A stretch of 47,359 nt of DNA from Halomonas sp. (GCA_007129225.1 SKVX01000169.1:1-47359), one strand, 5' to 3'. Positions 31,413-41,028 are shown, counted from the stretch's first letter. Notes: generated by a model not told the origin, from the letters alone. Made by a program: numbers and translations.

Positions 31413-31874
31413 TCATGCGGATTGAATCTCGATACGACGCGGCTTGAGCTCTTCGCGCTTGGGCAGGTGGATCACGAAGACACCGTTCTGCGAGTGTGCC
31501 TCGGCGCGATCCGCATCAAGCCCTTCCGGCAACGCGATGGAGCGGGCAAACTCACCTCGACTGCGCTCCCGGCGGAAGTAGGGGCGCCGACCACTGTCCT
31601 GGTCACCCTTGTCGTCATCGGCACGCCTTCCCTGCAGCGTCAGGACGTTGTCCTGGATACTCACTTCCAGGTCATCGGCTGACAGCCCGGCGGCAAAGAC
31701 ATAGACTCGCACCGCATCGTCGGTACGTCCGATGTTGATCATGGGGAAACTGCCGCTGGGTACCGAACGGATGTTGGCGACACCTGGATCGGGAAACAGC
31801 TCGTCCAGCAGCTCCTGGAACCGGTCCGCTCCCCGCAGCGGCCCACTATCGAAACGCCTGAGATCTCCGAACAT
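31413..31874 (-). CDS. small heat shock protein (Hsp20/alpha-crystallin)
   Basis: FPMINI, RRERSRGEFARSIALP, NGVFVIHLPK; ATG 31874 preceded by AGGAGG. Confidence 0.92.
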   Translation of the reverse strand: MFGDLRRFDSGPLRGADRFQELLDELFPDPGVANIRSVPSGSFPMINIGRTDDAVRVYVFAAGLSADDLEVSIQDNVLTLQGRRADDDKGDQDSGRRPYFRRERSRGEFARSIALPEGLDADRAEAHSQNGVFVIHLPKREELKPRRIEIQSA

Positions 31875-31947
31875 GGCGAACACCTCCTACGTAGTCGGGT
31901 TAGGATCAGGAGGCCGCCGGGTTGACCCCGAGCCTCCCTATACAGGC

Positions 31948-31975
31948 AAATAGGAGCGCTTGCGCGGTTTTCAAG
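31948..31975 (-). promoter_or_regulatory. sigma32 (RpoH) promoter of the hsp20 pair
   Basis: Minus strand CTTGAA (31975-31970), 14-bp spacer, TCCTATTT (31955-31948), versus consensus CTTGAA-N13-15-CCCCATNT. Confidence 0.7.
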
Positions 31976-32034
31976 CCCTCGCGCCATCGTTTATCGCACA
32001 TCTTCAATGCCACGCTTTCATGCCGAGGATCGCC

Positions 32035-32391
32035 ATGTCATCGCTTTACGGATTTCTCTGGCTGGTGGGGTTTCTCCTCCTGGGAGAAACGCTGGTATGG
32101 CTGTTTCACCTGCCGGTCTCCCCCGGCGTGGTGGGCATGCTCGCCCTGACCCTGTGGCTGATGGCGAAAGGCCGCGTCAGCCAGGAAATACAGTCCGCCA
32201 GCCAACCGTTGATCGCGATACTGGCCATGCTGATCATGCCCGGTGTGGTCGGGGTGTTCTTCATCGTCGAGGCATTTGCCGGCCAGTGGCTCATCGTCGG
32301 CATGGCGCTGGTGCTCGGCACCCTGCTCAGCGTAGCCACCACGCTCTGGCTGATGCTGCGCTTCATGCCGAAGGCCGATACCGATGAGTGA
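32035..32391 (+). CDS. CidA/LrgA family protein
   Basis: Four TM segments, LLGE...PVSPGVVGM, MPGVVG; ATG 32035. Confidence 0.85.
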   Translation: MSSLYGFLWLVGFLLLGETLVWLFHLPVSPGVVGMLALTLWLMAKGRVSQEIQSASQPLIAILAMLIMPGVVGVFFIVEAFAGQWLIVGMALVLGTLLSVATTLWLMLRFMPKADTDE

Positions 32392-33106
32392 GGGACTGGA
32401 AGCGCTAAGGGCGGTATTGCTCGAGACACCCATGCTGGCCATCTTCCTGACCCTGGTCGCCTATCTCGCCGGTGCTCGCCTCTTCGTCCGCCTGGGCAAG
32501 CCGAGCTGGTGCCCCGCGGTACTGATCGCCGCCATGCTGCTGGCCGCAACCCTGGCGCTGACCGGTATCGACTACGACGACTATCGCGCCGGCGCCGGCT
32601 GGCTGATGCTGCTGCTCGGCCCCGCCACCGTGGCACTGGCCGTGCCGCTCTACCAACAGCTGCCTCGCATTCGCGAGCTCTGGTTTCCTGTCCTCTACAC
32701 CCTGCCCCCGGCGGCCATGCTGGCCGCGCTCTACTCAGTGGGGCTCGCCTGGCTGCTCGGTGCCACGCCCGAGGTGCTTGCTTCACTGGCGCCAAAGTCG
32801 GTGACCGCACCGATCGCCATGGGCATCACCGAACAGCTCGGCGGCGTCATTCCCTTGATGATGGGCGGCCTGTTGATCACCGGCGTGATGACCACCGCCT
32901 TCGTCGGGCTGCTCTCCCGCTGGCTGGGTATCCGCGATGAACGGGTGCTGGGCTTCGTTCTGGGCGTCAACGGCCATGTGATCGGTACGGTACGCGCCTT
33001 CGAATACGGCCCCACCGCCGGCGCCTTCGCCTCGCTGGGCATGAGCCTGACCGGCATCTTCAGCGCGCTGTTCCTGCCCCTCGCCTGGCGACTGGTGGGG
33101 CTCTAG
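32384..33106 (+). CDS. LrgB/CidB family protein
   Basis: LLGPATVALAVPLY, LAPKSVTAPIAMGI, GHVIGT. Confidence 0.9.
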   Translation: MSEGLEALRAVLLETPMLAIFLTLVAYLAGARLFVRLGKPSWCPAVLIAAMLLAATLALTGIDYDDYRAGAGWLMLLLGPATVALAVPLYQQLPRIRELWFPVLYTLPPAAMLAALYSVGLAWLLGATPEVLASLAPKSVTAPIAMGITEQLGGVIPLMMGGLLITGVMTTAFVGLLSRWLGIRDERVLGFVLGVNGHVIGTVRAFEYGPTAGAFASLGMSLTGIFSALFLPLAWRLVGL

Positions 33107-33180
33107 GAGCAGACGCTCGGCCCGCAAATGCGCTAGAATTGCCGGCTTGTGTTCCATCCGCAGGAGTACCAGGCAGCCCC

Positions 33181-34206
33181 ATGGCCCATCGTATCGCCAT
33201 CAACGGTTACGGTCGTATCGGCCAGTGCGTGCTGCGCGCCCTGGAAGAGCGCCATGCTCCCGAGCTGGAGGTCGTGGCGATCAACGAGCTGTCCGACCTG
33301 GACACCATCGCCTACCTGACCCGCTACGACACCACCCACGGCCGCTTTCCCGGCAGTGTGACGGCGGAAAACGGCCGGCTCATGGTCAACGGCCGGCCGA
33401 TACGGATCCTCTCGGAAGCCGATCCGGCACAGCTGCCCTGGGAAGCGCTCGGCATCGACCTGGTGCTGGAGTGCTCGGGCAGTTTCAAGGATCGCGCCAC
33501 GGCAGAGCGCCACCTCGTTGCCGGCGCCGGTCGCCTGCTCTTCTCCCAGCCGGCGGAGAGCGACGTGGACGCCACCATCGTCTGCGGCATCAACGACGAC
33601 ACCCTGGCACCGCACCATCGCATCGTCTCGGCGGCCTCCTGTACCACGAACTGCCTCATCCCGGTGCTCACCGTGCTCGACGAAGCGCTGGGCATCGAGC
33701 ACGGCGTGACTACCACCGTGCACTCGGCGATGAACGACCAGCCGGTGATCGACGCCTATCACCAGACCGACCTGCGCCTGACCCGCTCGGCGATGCACTC
33801 CATCGTCCCGGTGGACACCAGCCTGGCCCGCGGCATCAACCGCCTGATGCCACACCTGGCCGGCCGCTTCGAGTGCCTGCACATGCGCGTGCCCACCATC
33901 AACGTCTCGGCCATGGACCTGTCGATCTGCGTCCGCCGCGAGACCTCTGCCGCCCAGGTCAACGCCTTGCTGCGACACGCCTGCCAGGGTCGCCTGGCCG
34001 GCCTGCTGGGCTACACCGAGGAGCCCATGGCCTCCAGCGACTTCAACCACGACCCCCGCTCGGGTATCGTGGACGCCACTCAGACCCGGGTGGCGGGCGG
34101 CCGCCTGATCAAGCTGCTGTGCTGGTTCGACAACGAATGGGGCTTTGCCAACCGCATGCTCGACGTGAGCGAGCGGCTCGCGGCCATGCCCCCGGACAGC
34201 CCATGA
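33181..34206 (+). CDS. epd: erythrose-4-phosphate dehydrogenase (GAPDH family)
   Basis: INGYGRIG, AASCTTNC, HSAMNDQPVIDAYH, WFDNEWGFANRM; immediately upstream of pgk. Confidence 0.88.
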   Translation: MAHRIAINGYGRIGQCVLRALEERHAPELEVVAINELSDLDTIAYLTRYDTTHGRFPGSVTAENGRLMVNGRPIRILSEADPAQLPWEALGIDLVLECSGSFKDRATAERHLVAGAGRLLFSQPAESDVDATIVCGINDDTLAPHHRIVSAASCTTNCLIPVLTVLDEALGIEHGVTTTVHSAMNDQPVIDAYHQTDLRLTRSAMHSIVPVDTSLARGINRLMPHLAGRFECLHMRVPTINVSAMDLSICVRRETSAAQVNALLRHACQGRLAGLLGYTEEPMASSDFNHDPRSGIVDATQTRVAGGRLIKLLCWFDNEWGFANRMLDVSERLAAMPPDSP

Positions 34207-34283
34207 ACCTATGCCAATGCTCCGTTTCGATGCCCCTGCTCCGATGACCCTGCTTCGGTTTCTCAGATGAGGAAGACACCCCG

Positions 34284-35450
34284 ATGAACGTGCTAAAGAT
34301 GACCGACCTCGACCTCTCCGGACAGCGCGTGCTGATCCGGGAGGACCTGAACGTACCCGTCAAGCACGGCAAGGTGAGCAGCGATGCCCGTCTGCGGGCC
34401 TGCCTGCCGACCATCAAGGCCGCCCGTGACGCCGGTGCCAAGGTGATGCTGATGAGCCACCTGGGTCGTCCCACCGAAGGCGAGCCGGCCGAGGAGTTCT
34501 CCCTGGCCCCGGTGGCCGAGCACCTGGGCCAGCTGCTCGGCCGCCCGGTCACCCTGATCAAGGAGTACCTGGACGCCTCCCTGGACCTGGCCGACGGCGA
34601 GGTCGTGCTGCTCGAAAACGTACGTTTCAATGTCGGCGAAAAGGGCGACGAGGAGACCCTCTCTCGGCAGTATGCCGAGCTGTGCGATATCTTCGTAATG
34701 GACGCCTTCGGTACCGCCCACCGCGCCCAGGCCTCCACCCATGGCGTGGCCCGCTTCGCCCCGCAGGCCTGCGCCGGCCCGCTGCTGGCGACCGAGCTCA
34801 ACGCCCTGGAAAAGGCCCTGGCCACCCCGAAACGCCCCATGGTAGCCATCGTCGGCGGTTCCAAGGTCTCCACCAAGCTCGACGTGCTCAACGCGCTCTC
34901 CGAGAAGTGCGACCAGCTGATCGTCGGTGGCGGTATCGCCAATACCTTCATTGCGGCGGCCGGCTACAATGTCGGCAACTCGCTGCATGAAGCCGACCTG
35001 GTCGGCCAGGCCAAGGAACTGATGAGCCGGGTAGAGATCCCGCTGCCCACCGACGTGGTCGTCGCCACGGAGTTTTCCGAATCGGCCAAGGCCGTGGTCA
35101 AGCCGGTGGACCAGGTGGGCGACGACGAGATGATCCTCGATATCGGCCCCGACACCGCCGGGCGGCTGGCCGGGCTGCTCAAGGACGCCGGCACCATCCT
35201 GTGGAACGGCCCCGTCGGCGTGTTCGAGATCGACCAGTTCGGCCACGGCACCGAGGCGCTGTCGCGGGCGATCGCCGAGAGCAACGGCTTCTCCATCGCC
35301 GGTGGTGGCGACACCCTGGCCGCCATCGACAAGTACGGCATCGGCGAACGCGTCTCCTATATCTCCACCGGCGGCGGTGCCTTCCTCGAGTATGTGGAAG
35401 GCAAGACCCTGCCGGCGGTGAAGGCCCTGGAAGACGCTGCCGAACGCTGA
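34284..35450 (+). CDS. pgk: phosphoglycerate kinase
   Basis: [38 protein letters not shown]. Confidence 0.97.
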   Translation: MNVLKMTDLDLSGQRVLIREDLNVPVKHGKVSSDARLRACLPTIKAARDAGAKVMLMSHLGRPTEGEPAEEFSLAPVAEHLGQLLGRPVTLIKEYLDASLDLADGEVVLLENVRFNVGEKGDEETLSRQYAELCDIFVMDAFGTAHRAQASTHGVARFAPQACAGPLLATELNALEKALATPKRPMVAIVGGSKVSTKLDVLNALSEKCDQLIVGGGIANTFIAAAGYNVGNSLHEADLVGQAKELMSRVEIPLPTDVVVATEFSESAKAVVKPVDQVGDDEMILDIGPDTAGRLAGLLKDAGTILWNGPVGVFEIDQFGHGTEALSRAIAESNGFSIAGGGDTLAAIDKYGIGERVSYISTGGGAFLEYVEGKTLPAVKALEDAAER

Positions 35451-35553
35451 GACGAATGCCCCACGGCACCCCTAATATCGGCGCAGCCACGGCTGCGCCG
35501 TCATTGCACAGACCGATTGCATCGACCGATCGCACAAAGAGGCAGATAACCAC

Positions 35554-36618
35554 ATGGCACTGATCAGCATGCGCCAGATGCTGGACCACGCCGCCGAATA
35601 CGGCTACGGCGTTCCGGCTTTCAACGTGAACAACCTCGAGCAGATGCGGGCCATCATGGAAGCCGCCGACCGGACCGACTCCCCGGTCATCGTCCAGGCC
35701 TCCGCCGGCGCCCGCAAGTACGCCGGCGCCCCCTTCCTTCGCCACCTGATCCTGGCCGCCGTCGAGGAGTTCCCGCATATTCCGGTGGTCATGCACCAGG
35801 ACCACGGCACCAGCCCGGCGGTGTGCCAGCGCTCCATCCAACTGGGCTTCTCCTCGGTGATGATGGATGGCTCGCTCGGCGAGGACGGCAAGACCCCCAT
35901 GGACTACGACTACAATGTCGACGTCACCCGCCGTACCGTCGAGATGGCCCACGCCTGCGGCGTCTCGGTAGAGGGCGAGCTGGGCTGCCTGGGCAGCCTG
36001 GAGACCGGCATGGCCGGCGAGGAGGACGGCATCGGCGCCGAAGGCAAGCTGGACATGGACCAGCTGCTCACCGATCCCGAGGAGGCTGCCGACTTCGTCA
36101 AGGCGACCCACGTCGACGCCCTGGCCATTGCCATCGGCACCAGCCACGGCGCCTACAAGTTTACCAAGCCGCCCACCGGCGATACGCTGTCCATCCAGCG
36201 CATCAAGGAGATCCACGCGCGTATCCCCGACACCCATCTGGTGATGCACGGCTCCTCCTCGGTGCCCCAGGAGTGGTTGGCGATCATCAACGAGTTCGGC
36301 GGCGATATCCCCGAGACCTACGGCGTGCCGGTCGATGAGATCGTCGAGGGCATCAAGCACGGCGTGCGCAAGGTCAACATCGACACCGACCTGCGCCTGG
36401 CCTCCACCGGCGCGGTGCGTCGCTTCCTGGCCCGGAACCCCTCCGAGTTCGATCCGCGCAAGTTCCTCAAGGAGACCGTGACGGCAATGCGCGACGTCTG
36501 CATCGCCCGCTACGAGGCCTTCGGTACCGCCGGCAATGCCAGCCGTATCAAACCGATCAACCTCGAGGAGATGTTCCTGCGCTACGAGCGCGGTGAGCTG
36601 GACCCCAAGGTGAAGTGA
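35554..36618 (+). CDS. fba: class II fructose-bisphosphate aldolase
   Basis: [34 protein letters not shown]. Confidence 0.96.
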   Translation: MALISMRQMLDHAAEYGYGVPAFNVNNLEQMRAIMEAADRTDSPVIVQASAGARKYAGAPFLRHLILAAVEEFPHIPVVMHQDHGTSPAVCQRSIQLGFSSVMMDGSLGEDGKTPMDYDYNVDVTRRTVEMAHACGVSVEGELGCLGSLETGMAGEEDGIGAEGKLDMDQLLTDPEEAADFVKATHVDALAIAIGTSHGAYKFTKPPTGDTLSIQRIKEIHARIPDTHLVMHGSSSVPQEWLAIINEFGGDIPETYGVPVDEIVEGIKHGVRKVNIDTDLRLASTGAVRRFLARNPSEFDPRKFLKETVTAMRDVCIARYEAFGTAGNASRIKPINLEEMFLRYERGELDPKVK

Positions 36619-36626
36619 GAGCAACG

Positions 36627-36651
36627 GCGGGAGGGCTATCCGCCTTCCCGC
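36627..36651 (+). terminator. hairpin after fba
   Basis: GCGGGAGGGC-TATCC-GCCTTCCCGC; no U tract. Confidence 0.4.
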
Positions 36652-36824
36652 AAGGCGCACACCGAAGCGAACCTCAGGACAGATACTGTCCCTTCACACG
36701 GCAAGGTCGGCACGCCTGGGAAGGCAGGTGCAACATGAGTTATTGCACCGCAGCAATGAGGCGCCCACACTGCCCGCCCGAGCGGCCGCAGTCCGCTTCC
36801 GACTCCTGACGAAGAGGCGACTCC

Positions 36825-37178
36825 ATGAAAAGCCCGACCCATTCCCCTATCCTGCCCCAGACTCCCGCTGCCATGACGGACGTCTGGCAGCTGGGGGTCA
36901 TGGCATTCGAACTCTGGTCGACCTCGCTTTCCACCATTGCTCTGCGCAACAATCTATGGCAAACCCAAGCTCCCAACAGCGACCGGGTGGTCAAGGAGAA
37001 CCAGCGCATGGTGAGCGAGAAGCTCGAGGCCAGCCTGGAAACCGGCTTCGAGATGCAGAAAGCCATGCTGGGCATGGCCTTCGGCCAGGGTACCCCCTGG
37101 TGGGTCACGGGCCGCCGCACCTTGATGCCTTATCATCGCCGCAGCAGTGCCAATTCACGCCGGCTTTCCAGAAGTTGA
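36825..37178 (+). CDS. small helical protein, possibly PhaP6-type PHA granule phasin
   Basis: SD GAGG before ATG; pattern TI.LR...E..RMV.EK..A and C-terminal P.H....AN.RRL resemble the PhaP6-like family as I recall it. Confidence 0.55.
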   Translation: MKSPTHSPILPQTPAAMTDVWQLGVMAFELWSTSLSTIALRNNLWQTQAPNSDRVVKENQRMVSEKLEASLETGFEMQKAMLGMAFGQGTPWWVTGRRTLMPYHRRSSANSRRLSRS

Positions 37179-37300
37179 GGCCAGCCGGGCTCCCCGGCAG
37201 CGCTATCACCCGAAACAGGCTTCACCGGTCGAGCCGCAGGGGTCACTGCAGGTGTTTCGCCTGCTAAACTCTGCGGCTGCCCCTCTCTCCCGGAGCCGTC

Positions 37301-38686
37301 ATGCCTGCCGCCGCCAAGTCGTTGCCCACGCCTCGCCACTGGATATCGCTCGTGGCCATGGTGGGCGTCACGCTTTTCCTTCTGGGAATGCCCGCGGCAC
37401 CGGTAATCGTTCGCGCGGGGGCGGTAATCGGCCTCTGCATCGGGCTGTGGGCGACCGGCTGGCTACCGCAGTGGCTGACGGCACTGGTATTCTTCACGCT
37501 CTGCACCCTTGCCGGTGTGGCACCCGCGGAGACGGTATTCGCCGGCTTCGGCTCGGCGGCAACCTGGCTTGTCTTCGCCGGTCTTATCATCGGGGCGGCA
37601 ATCCAGTACACCGGGTTGGGCACGACGCTGGCCCAGGGCGTTGGCCCCTGGCTGGAAGGGTCCTATCGCCGTGCACTGATCGGCGTGATTCTGCTGGGCC
37701 TGGCCATGGCGTTCTTCATGCCCTCGGGCATGGGCCGGATCCTGCTGATGGTGCCCATCCTGACCACCCTGGCCGACCATCTGGGCTATGGCCATGGGGA
37801 GCGGGCCCGGACCGGGCTGATACTCGGCGGCATCATGGGCACCTTCCTGCCCACCTATGCCATCCTGCCCGCCAATGTGCCCAACAACGTCTTGATGGGG
37901 GCCGCAGAAGCGGTGCTGGGCACGCCGCCCACCTACAGCGACTACCTGCTGCTTCATTTTCCGGTACTGGGCCTGCTCAAGACACTGCTGCTGATCGGAG
38001 TCATGCTGTGGCTCTTCCCGGGCCAGGCACCGGCGCAGGCCCGTGAGCCGACGCCATCCTTGCATCTCGCTGCACCCGAGCGCTGGCTGGCAGCGCTACT
38101 GTCAGTAGCGGTGTTGCTATGGATGACCGATGCCTGGCACGGCATATCGCCCGCCTGGATCGGCATGGGGGTGGCGTTGGTCTGCCTCTTCCCCGGTAGC
38201 CGGCTGCTGGCCGAGAAGCCGCTGCAATCGATCAGCTTCGACTCCTTTATCTATGTCGCCGGCATCGTCAGCCTCGGCGCCCTGGCCTACCAGAGTGGAT
38301 TGGGCACTCTCGTGGCAGGTGGTCTGCTATCGGTTCTTCCCCTGCGCGAGGCCGGCGATGCGGCCGCCTTTGGCATGCTGTCAGCGCTCGCCATGTTGCT
38401 AGGCACCCTGGTCACACTGCCTGGCATTCCCGCCATCCTCACTCCCATGGCCCCGGGGCTCGCCGAGATCACTGGCTGGTCGCCGGAAGCGGTCTACATG
38501 ACCCAGGTGGTGGGGTTCTCCACGGTGCTGCTGCCCTACCAGGCTCCGCCACTGATTGTCGGTATCCTGGCAGCACGCATCTCGCTACGGGAAACCGCCC
38601 GGCTCTGCCTGGTGACCGCCCTGCTCAGCGTATTGCTGCTGTGGCCGCTGGACTATCTCTGGTGGCAATGGCTCGGGTGGCTATAG
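37301..38686 (+). CDS. SLC13/DASS family permease
   Basis: Polytopic; MPSGMGR, LPANVPN and PYQAPP motifs. Confidence 0.82.
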   Translation: MPAAAKSLPTPRHWISLVAMVGVTLFLLGMPAAPVIVRAGAVIGLCIGLWATGWLPQWLTALVFFTLCTLAGVAPAETVFAGFGSAATWLVFAGLIIGAAIQYTGLGTTLAQGVGPWLEGSYRRALIGVILLGLAMAFFMPSGMGRILLMVPILTTLADHLGYGHGERARTGLILGGIMGTFLPTYAILPANVPNNVLMGAAEAVLGTPPTYSDYLLLHFPVLGLLKTLLLIGVMLWLFPGQAPAQAREPTPSLHLAAPERWLAALLSVAVLLWMTDAWHGISPAWIGMGVALVCLFPGSRLLAEKPLQSISFDSFIYVAGIVSLGALAYQSGLGTLVAGGLLSVLPLREAGDAAAFGMLSALAMLLGTLVTLPGIPAILTPMAPGLAEITGWSPEAVYMTQVVGFSTVLLPYQAPPLIVGILAARISLRETARLCLVTALLSVLLLWPLDYLWWQWLGWL

Positions 38687-38722
38687 CACCGTTTACCGGT
38701 CAGCCGGGGTACCCCTCACAAC

Positions 38723-38751
38723 AAAACCGCCCCCGGCATAGCCGGGGGCGG
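38723..38751 (-). terminator. intrinsic terminator of the acidic protein gene
   Basis: Minus strand CCGCCCCCGGC-TAT-GCCGGGGGCGG followed by TTTT. Confidence 0.8.
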
Positions 38752-38840
38752 GTGAGGCGGATGATGCTAGCGCACCAACCTTGAGGAGACGTCACCGCCC
38801 GTCCCTGGGCAGTGACCGCCATCCCTGGCAGTATCAGGCC

Positions 38841-39242
38841 TTACCAATCCTGATCGTCTTCCTCATCCTCTTCCCACTCTTCCTCTTCATTCTCTTCTTC
38901 CCACTCGTCGGTGGTGTCGTCGTCCCACTCGTCATTCGAGTCGAACTCCGCATCGGCACCAACGCCTGCACCGGCACCCGCTTCTGCACCAGTCGCATCC
39001 GTATCCGTACCGAAGCCAGTATCCGCACCTGCACCGGCTTCAGCACCGGCATCATCACCGAAGCCGGCATCAGCACCTGCACCCATGTCTGCATCAGCAC
39101 CCGTCTCGGGAGCGGTCTGCTCCGGCACGGTACCTTGCTCGTCCTCTTCGTCATGGAAGTCGGCAAATGCCAGTGGGCTGGCGGTCAAGCCAAACGTGAT
39201 ACCGACGATGCCGAGTTTCTTGAGAAATTCCTTGGACATCAT
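38841..39242 (-). CDS. exported, highly acidic low-complexity hypothetical protein
   Basis: SD GGAGG, Sec signal peptide ending PLAFA, G/A/D repeats, D/E/W-rich C-terminus, own terminator. Confidence 0.8.
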   Translation of the reverse strand: MMSKEFLKKLGIVGITFGLTASPLAFADFHDEEDEQGTVPEQTAPETGADADMGAGADAGFGDDAGAEAGAGADTGFGTDTDATGAEAGAGAGVGADAEFDSNDEWDDDTTDEWEEENEEEEWEEDEEDDQDW

Positions 39243-39370
39243 GTTCGTACCTCCAATGGGTCAGAACTTGAGTTTCCTGTTGAAGCCGTGAGACTTCGCT
39301 CGTCGTACCGGAAATCCGCTTACCGGACTGGTAGTGGGTGTCACCGGCTAGTCTTGCTCATCCAGGCTTT

Positions 39371-39430
39371 AGCAGGGAGCGGGCCAACGCATGCCATATT
39401 CATTTATAATTCTTTTATTTCAATTGCTTA
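39371..39430 (-). promoter_or_regulatory. candidate sigma54 promoter with IHF-like site
   Basis: Minus strand TTGGCCCGCTCCCTGCT (39387-39371; GG-N10-GC); TTTCAATTGCTTA (39418-39430) is one mismatch from WATCAANNNNTTR, within an AT-rich tract. Confidence 0.55.
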
Positions 39431-39798
39431 AACATAACCCATCTCTTTCACTTCTCCGACATGACGCCTTGGAAACGTGGTGTGTTCTGACACATGGGCC
39501 AAGTAGGCGCAACGATTCGCCTGCCTGACACAGTGGACGACGGTCACTGCGGGCAGGGCCAGCACAATGGCGGATGGGTGCCTCGCGGCGCATAGGTTCA
39601 GGATGCGAGTGAAGCCGGTAACCTGAGCGAACTAAACGTTAGTCGGAAACTTGAAGAATGGGCAAGGACGAGCAATACTATTTGGAAACAGCGTTCGTAA
39701 AGGTTCGTCGTTTAAATTTAACTTTTTGTGAAGCATGCCGATATCAGGAATATGGTGCCTTTTCGACAAGCCTCTGACCACTTGAGGGATGTTCGGCC

Positions 39799-40497
39799 AT
39801 GACTAGTCCCCTCTGCCTGCTGTTCGATTGTGATGGAACCTTGGTGGACAGCGAACCACTGCTGGCCGCCGAGATGGCCGTCAGCCTGACGCGGCTGGGT
39901 TTGCCGTTCCAGGCCAGTGACTATATCGGCGAATTCCGCGGCAGCCGCTTTCGCAATATCGTGACGGTGCTGGAAAGTCGCTACGGCAGCGTGGATCCGC
40001 TTCATCTGTCCGAGACAGAGACCGAGATGCGCAGCAACCTCAATCGGCGGCTTGCAACGGAGCTGGTGCCGATCACCGGCGCGACCGAGGCCTTGATGGC
40101 ACTGGCCGACTTCCCCTGTGGCGTGGTGTCCAACGGCCCGGAGAACAAGATCAGAACCTCCCTCAAGGCCATCGGCCTGGACGATCACTTCGGCAATAAT
40201 CTCTTCAGCGGCTATACCGCCAACTGTTGGAAGCCCGACCCCCAACTCTATCTGCACGCGGCCAGCCGGATGGGCTTCGATGCCGAGGATTGCGTCGCCA
40301 TCGACGACGCCATGGTGGGGGTCAAGGCCGCCCTGGACGCGGGGATGACGGTCATTCATCTCAACCGCTTTCCCGATGTGGAAGACACCCCCGAAGGGGC
40401 CATCATGATCAGCAGCATGTACCAGTTGCCCACCGTGATCGGTCATCTCGTCCACCACCGGACCCTGGACAACCGCCAGGCAGCCTATAGCCGCTGA
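39799..40497 (+). CDS. HAD-superfamily hydrolase, subfamily IA
   Basis: FDCDGTLVDSE, VSN, KPDP, IDD..G motifs I-IV. Confidence 0.9.
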   Translation: MTSPLCLLFDCDGTLVDSEPLLAAEMAVSLTRLGLPFQASDYIGEFRGSRFRNIVTVLESRYGSVDPLHLSETETEMRSNLNRRLATELVPITGATEALMALADFPCGVVSNGPENKIRTSLKAIGLDDHFGNNLFSGYTANCWKPDPQLYLHAASRMGFDAEDCVAIDDAMVGVKAALDAGMTVIHLNRFPDVEDTPEGAIMISSMYQLPTVIGHLVHHRTLDNRQAAYSR

Positions 40498-40622
40498 GGC
40501 CTGTCGGCAAACCGTTTGTCCGCCATCCGCCTGAATTGCACCTGACCGCAGGAACCTGCGGCGATGCAGCCTGCGCCCCTAAGCGGTATCATCTGGCCAT
40601 CTCTTTCGTACGAGGAGCTCCC

Positions 40623-40997
40623 ATGGCCTCTTTGCGTGACCAATTGCATGGCCTGGTCTACTCCACCGAACATGGCGATATCTGTCCGGACTGCCGCCAG
40701 CCCCTGGCCGACTGCCGCTGTGACGAGGCGGCGGAGCAGGCTCGCATCGAAGCGCTAGACGGCATCGTGCGTATTCACCGGGAAACCAGCGGGCGCAAGG
40801 GCAAGGGCGTGACCACGGTGACCGGTATTCCACTCCCCGACGCCGAACTCAAGGCCCTGGCCAAGCGTCTCAAGAAGCGTTGCGGCACCGGTGGTGCCGT
40901 CAAGGAGGGCATCATCGAGATCCAGGGCGATCATCGCGAGGTACTCAAGGCCGAGCTTGAGCGAAGTGGCTACACGGTGAAGCTGGCCGGCGGCTAG
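40623..40997 (+). CDS. yciH: translation initiation factor SUI1 homolog
   Basis: LVYSTE, N-terminal CxxC..CxC, GRKGKGVT, CGTGGAVK..IEIQGD; ATG 40623 with GAGGAG SD. Confidence 0.92.
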   Translation: MASLRDQLHGLVYSTEHGDICPDCRQPLADCRCDEAAEQARIEALDGIVRIHRETSGRKGKGVTTVTGIPLPDAELKALAKRLKKRCGTGGAVKEGIIEIQGDHREVLKAELERSGYTVKLAGG

Positions 40998-41028
40998 GCT
41001 CTGTCCGAAAATAAGCAAGGAGAATGGC

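Noticed and set aside
36727-36749. NtrC site (contains TGCACC and GGTGCA)
   Set aside because: Half-sites are in reversed order with the wrong spacing; better explained as a PhaR-like or other dyad.
38850-39120. Short DNA repeats resembling an array
   Set aside because: They are coding repeats of the acidic protein with no repeat-spacer structure; no CRISPR array or cas gene is present in the window.
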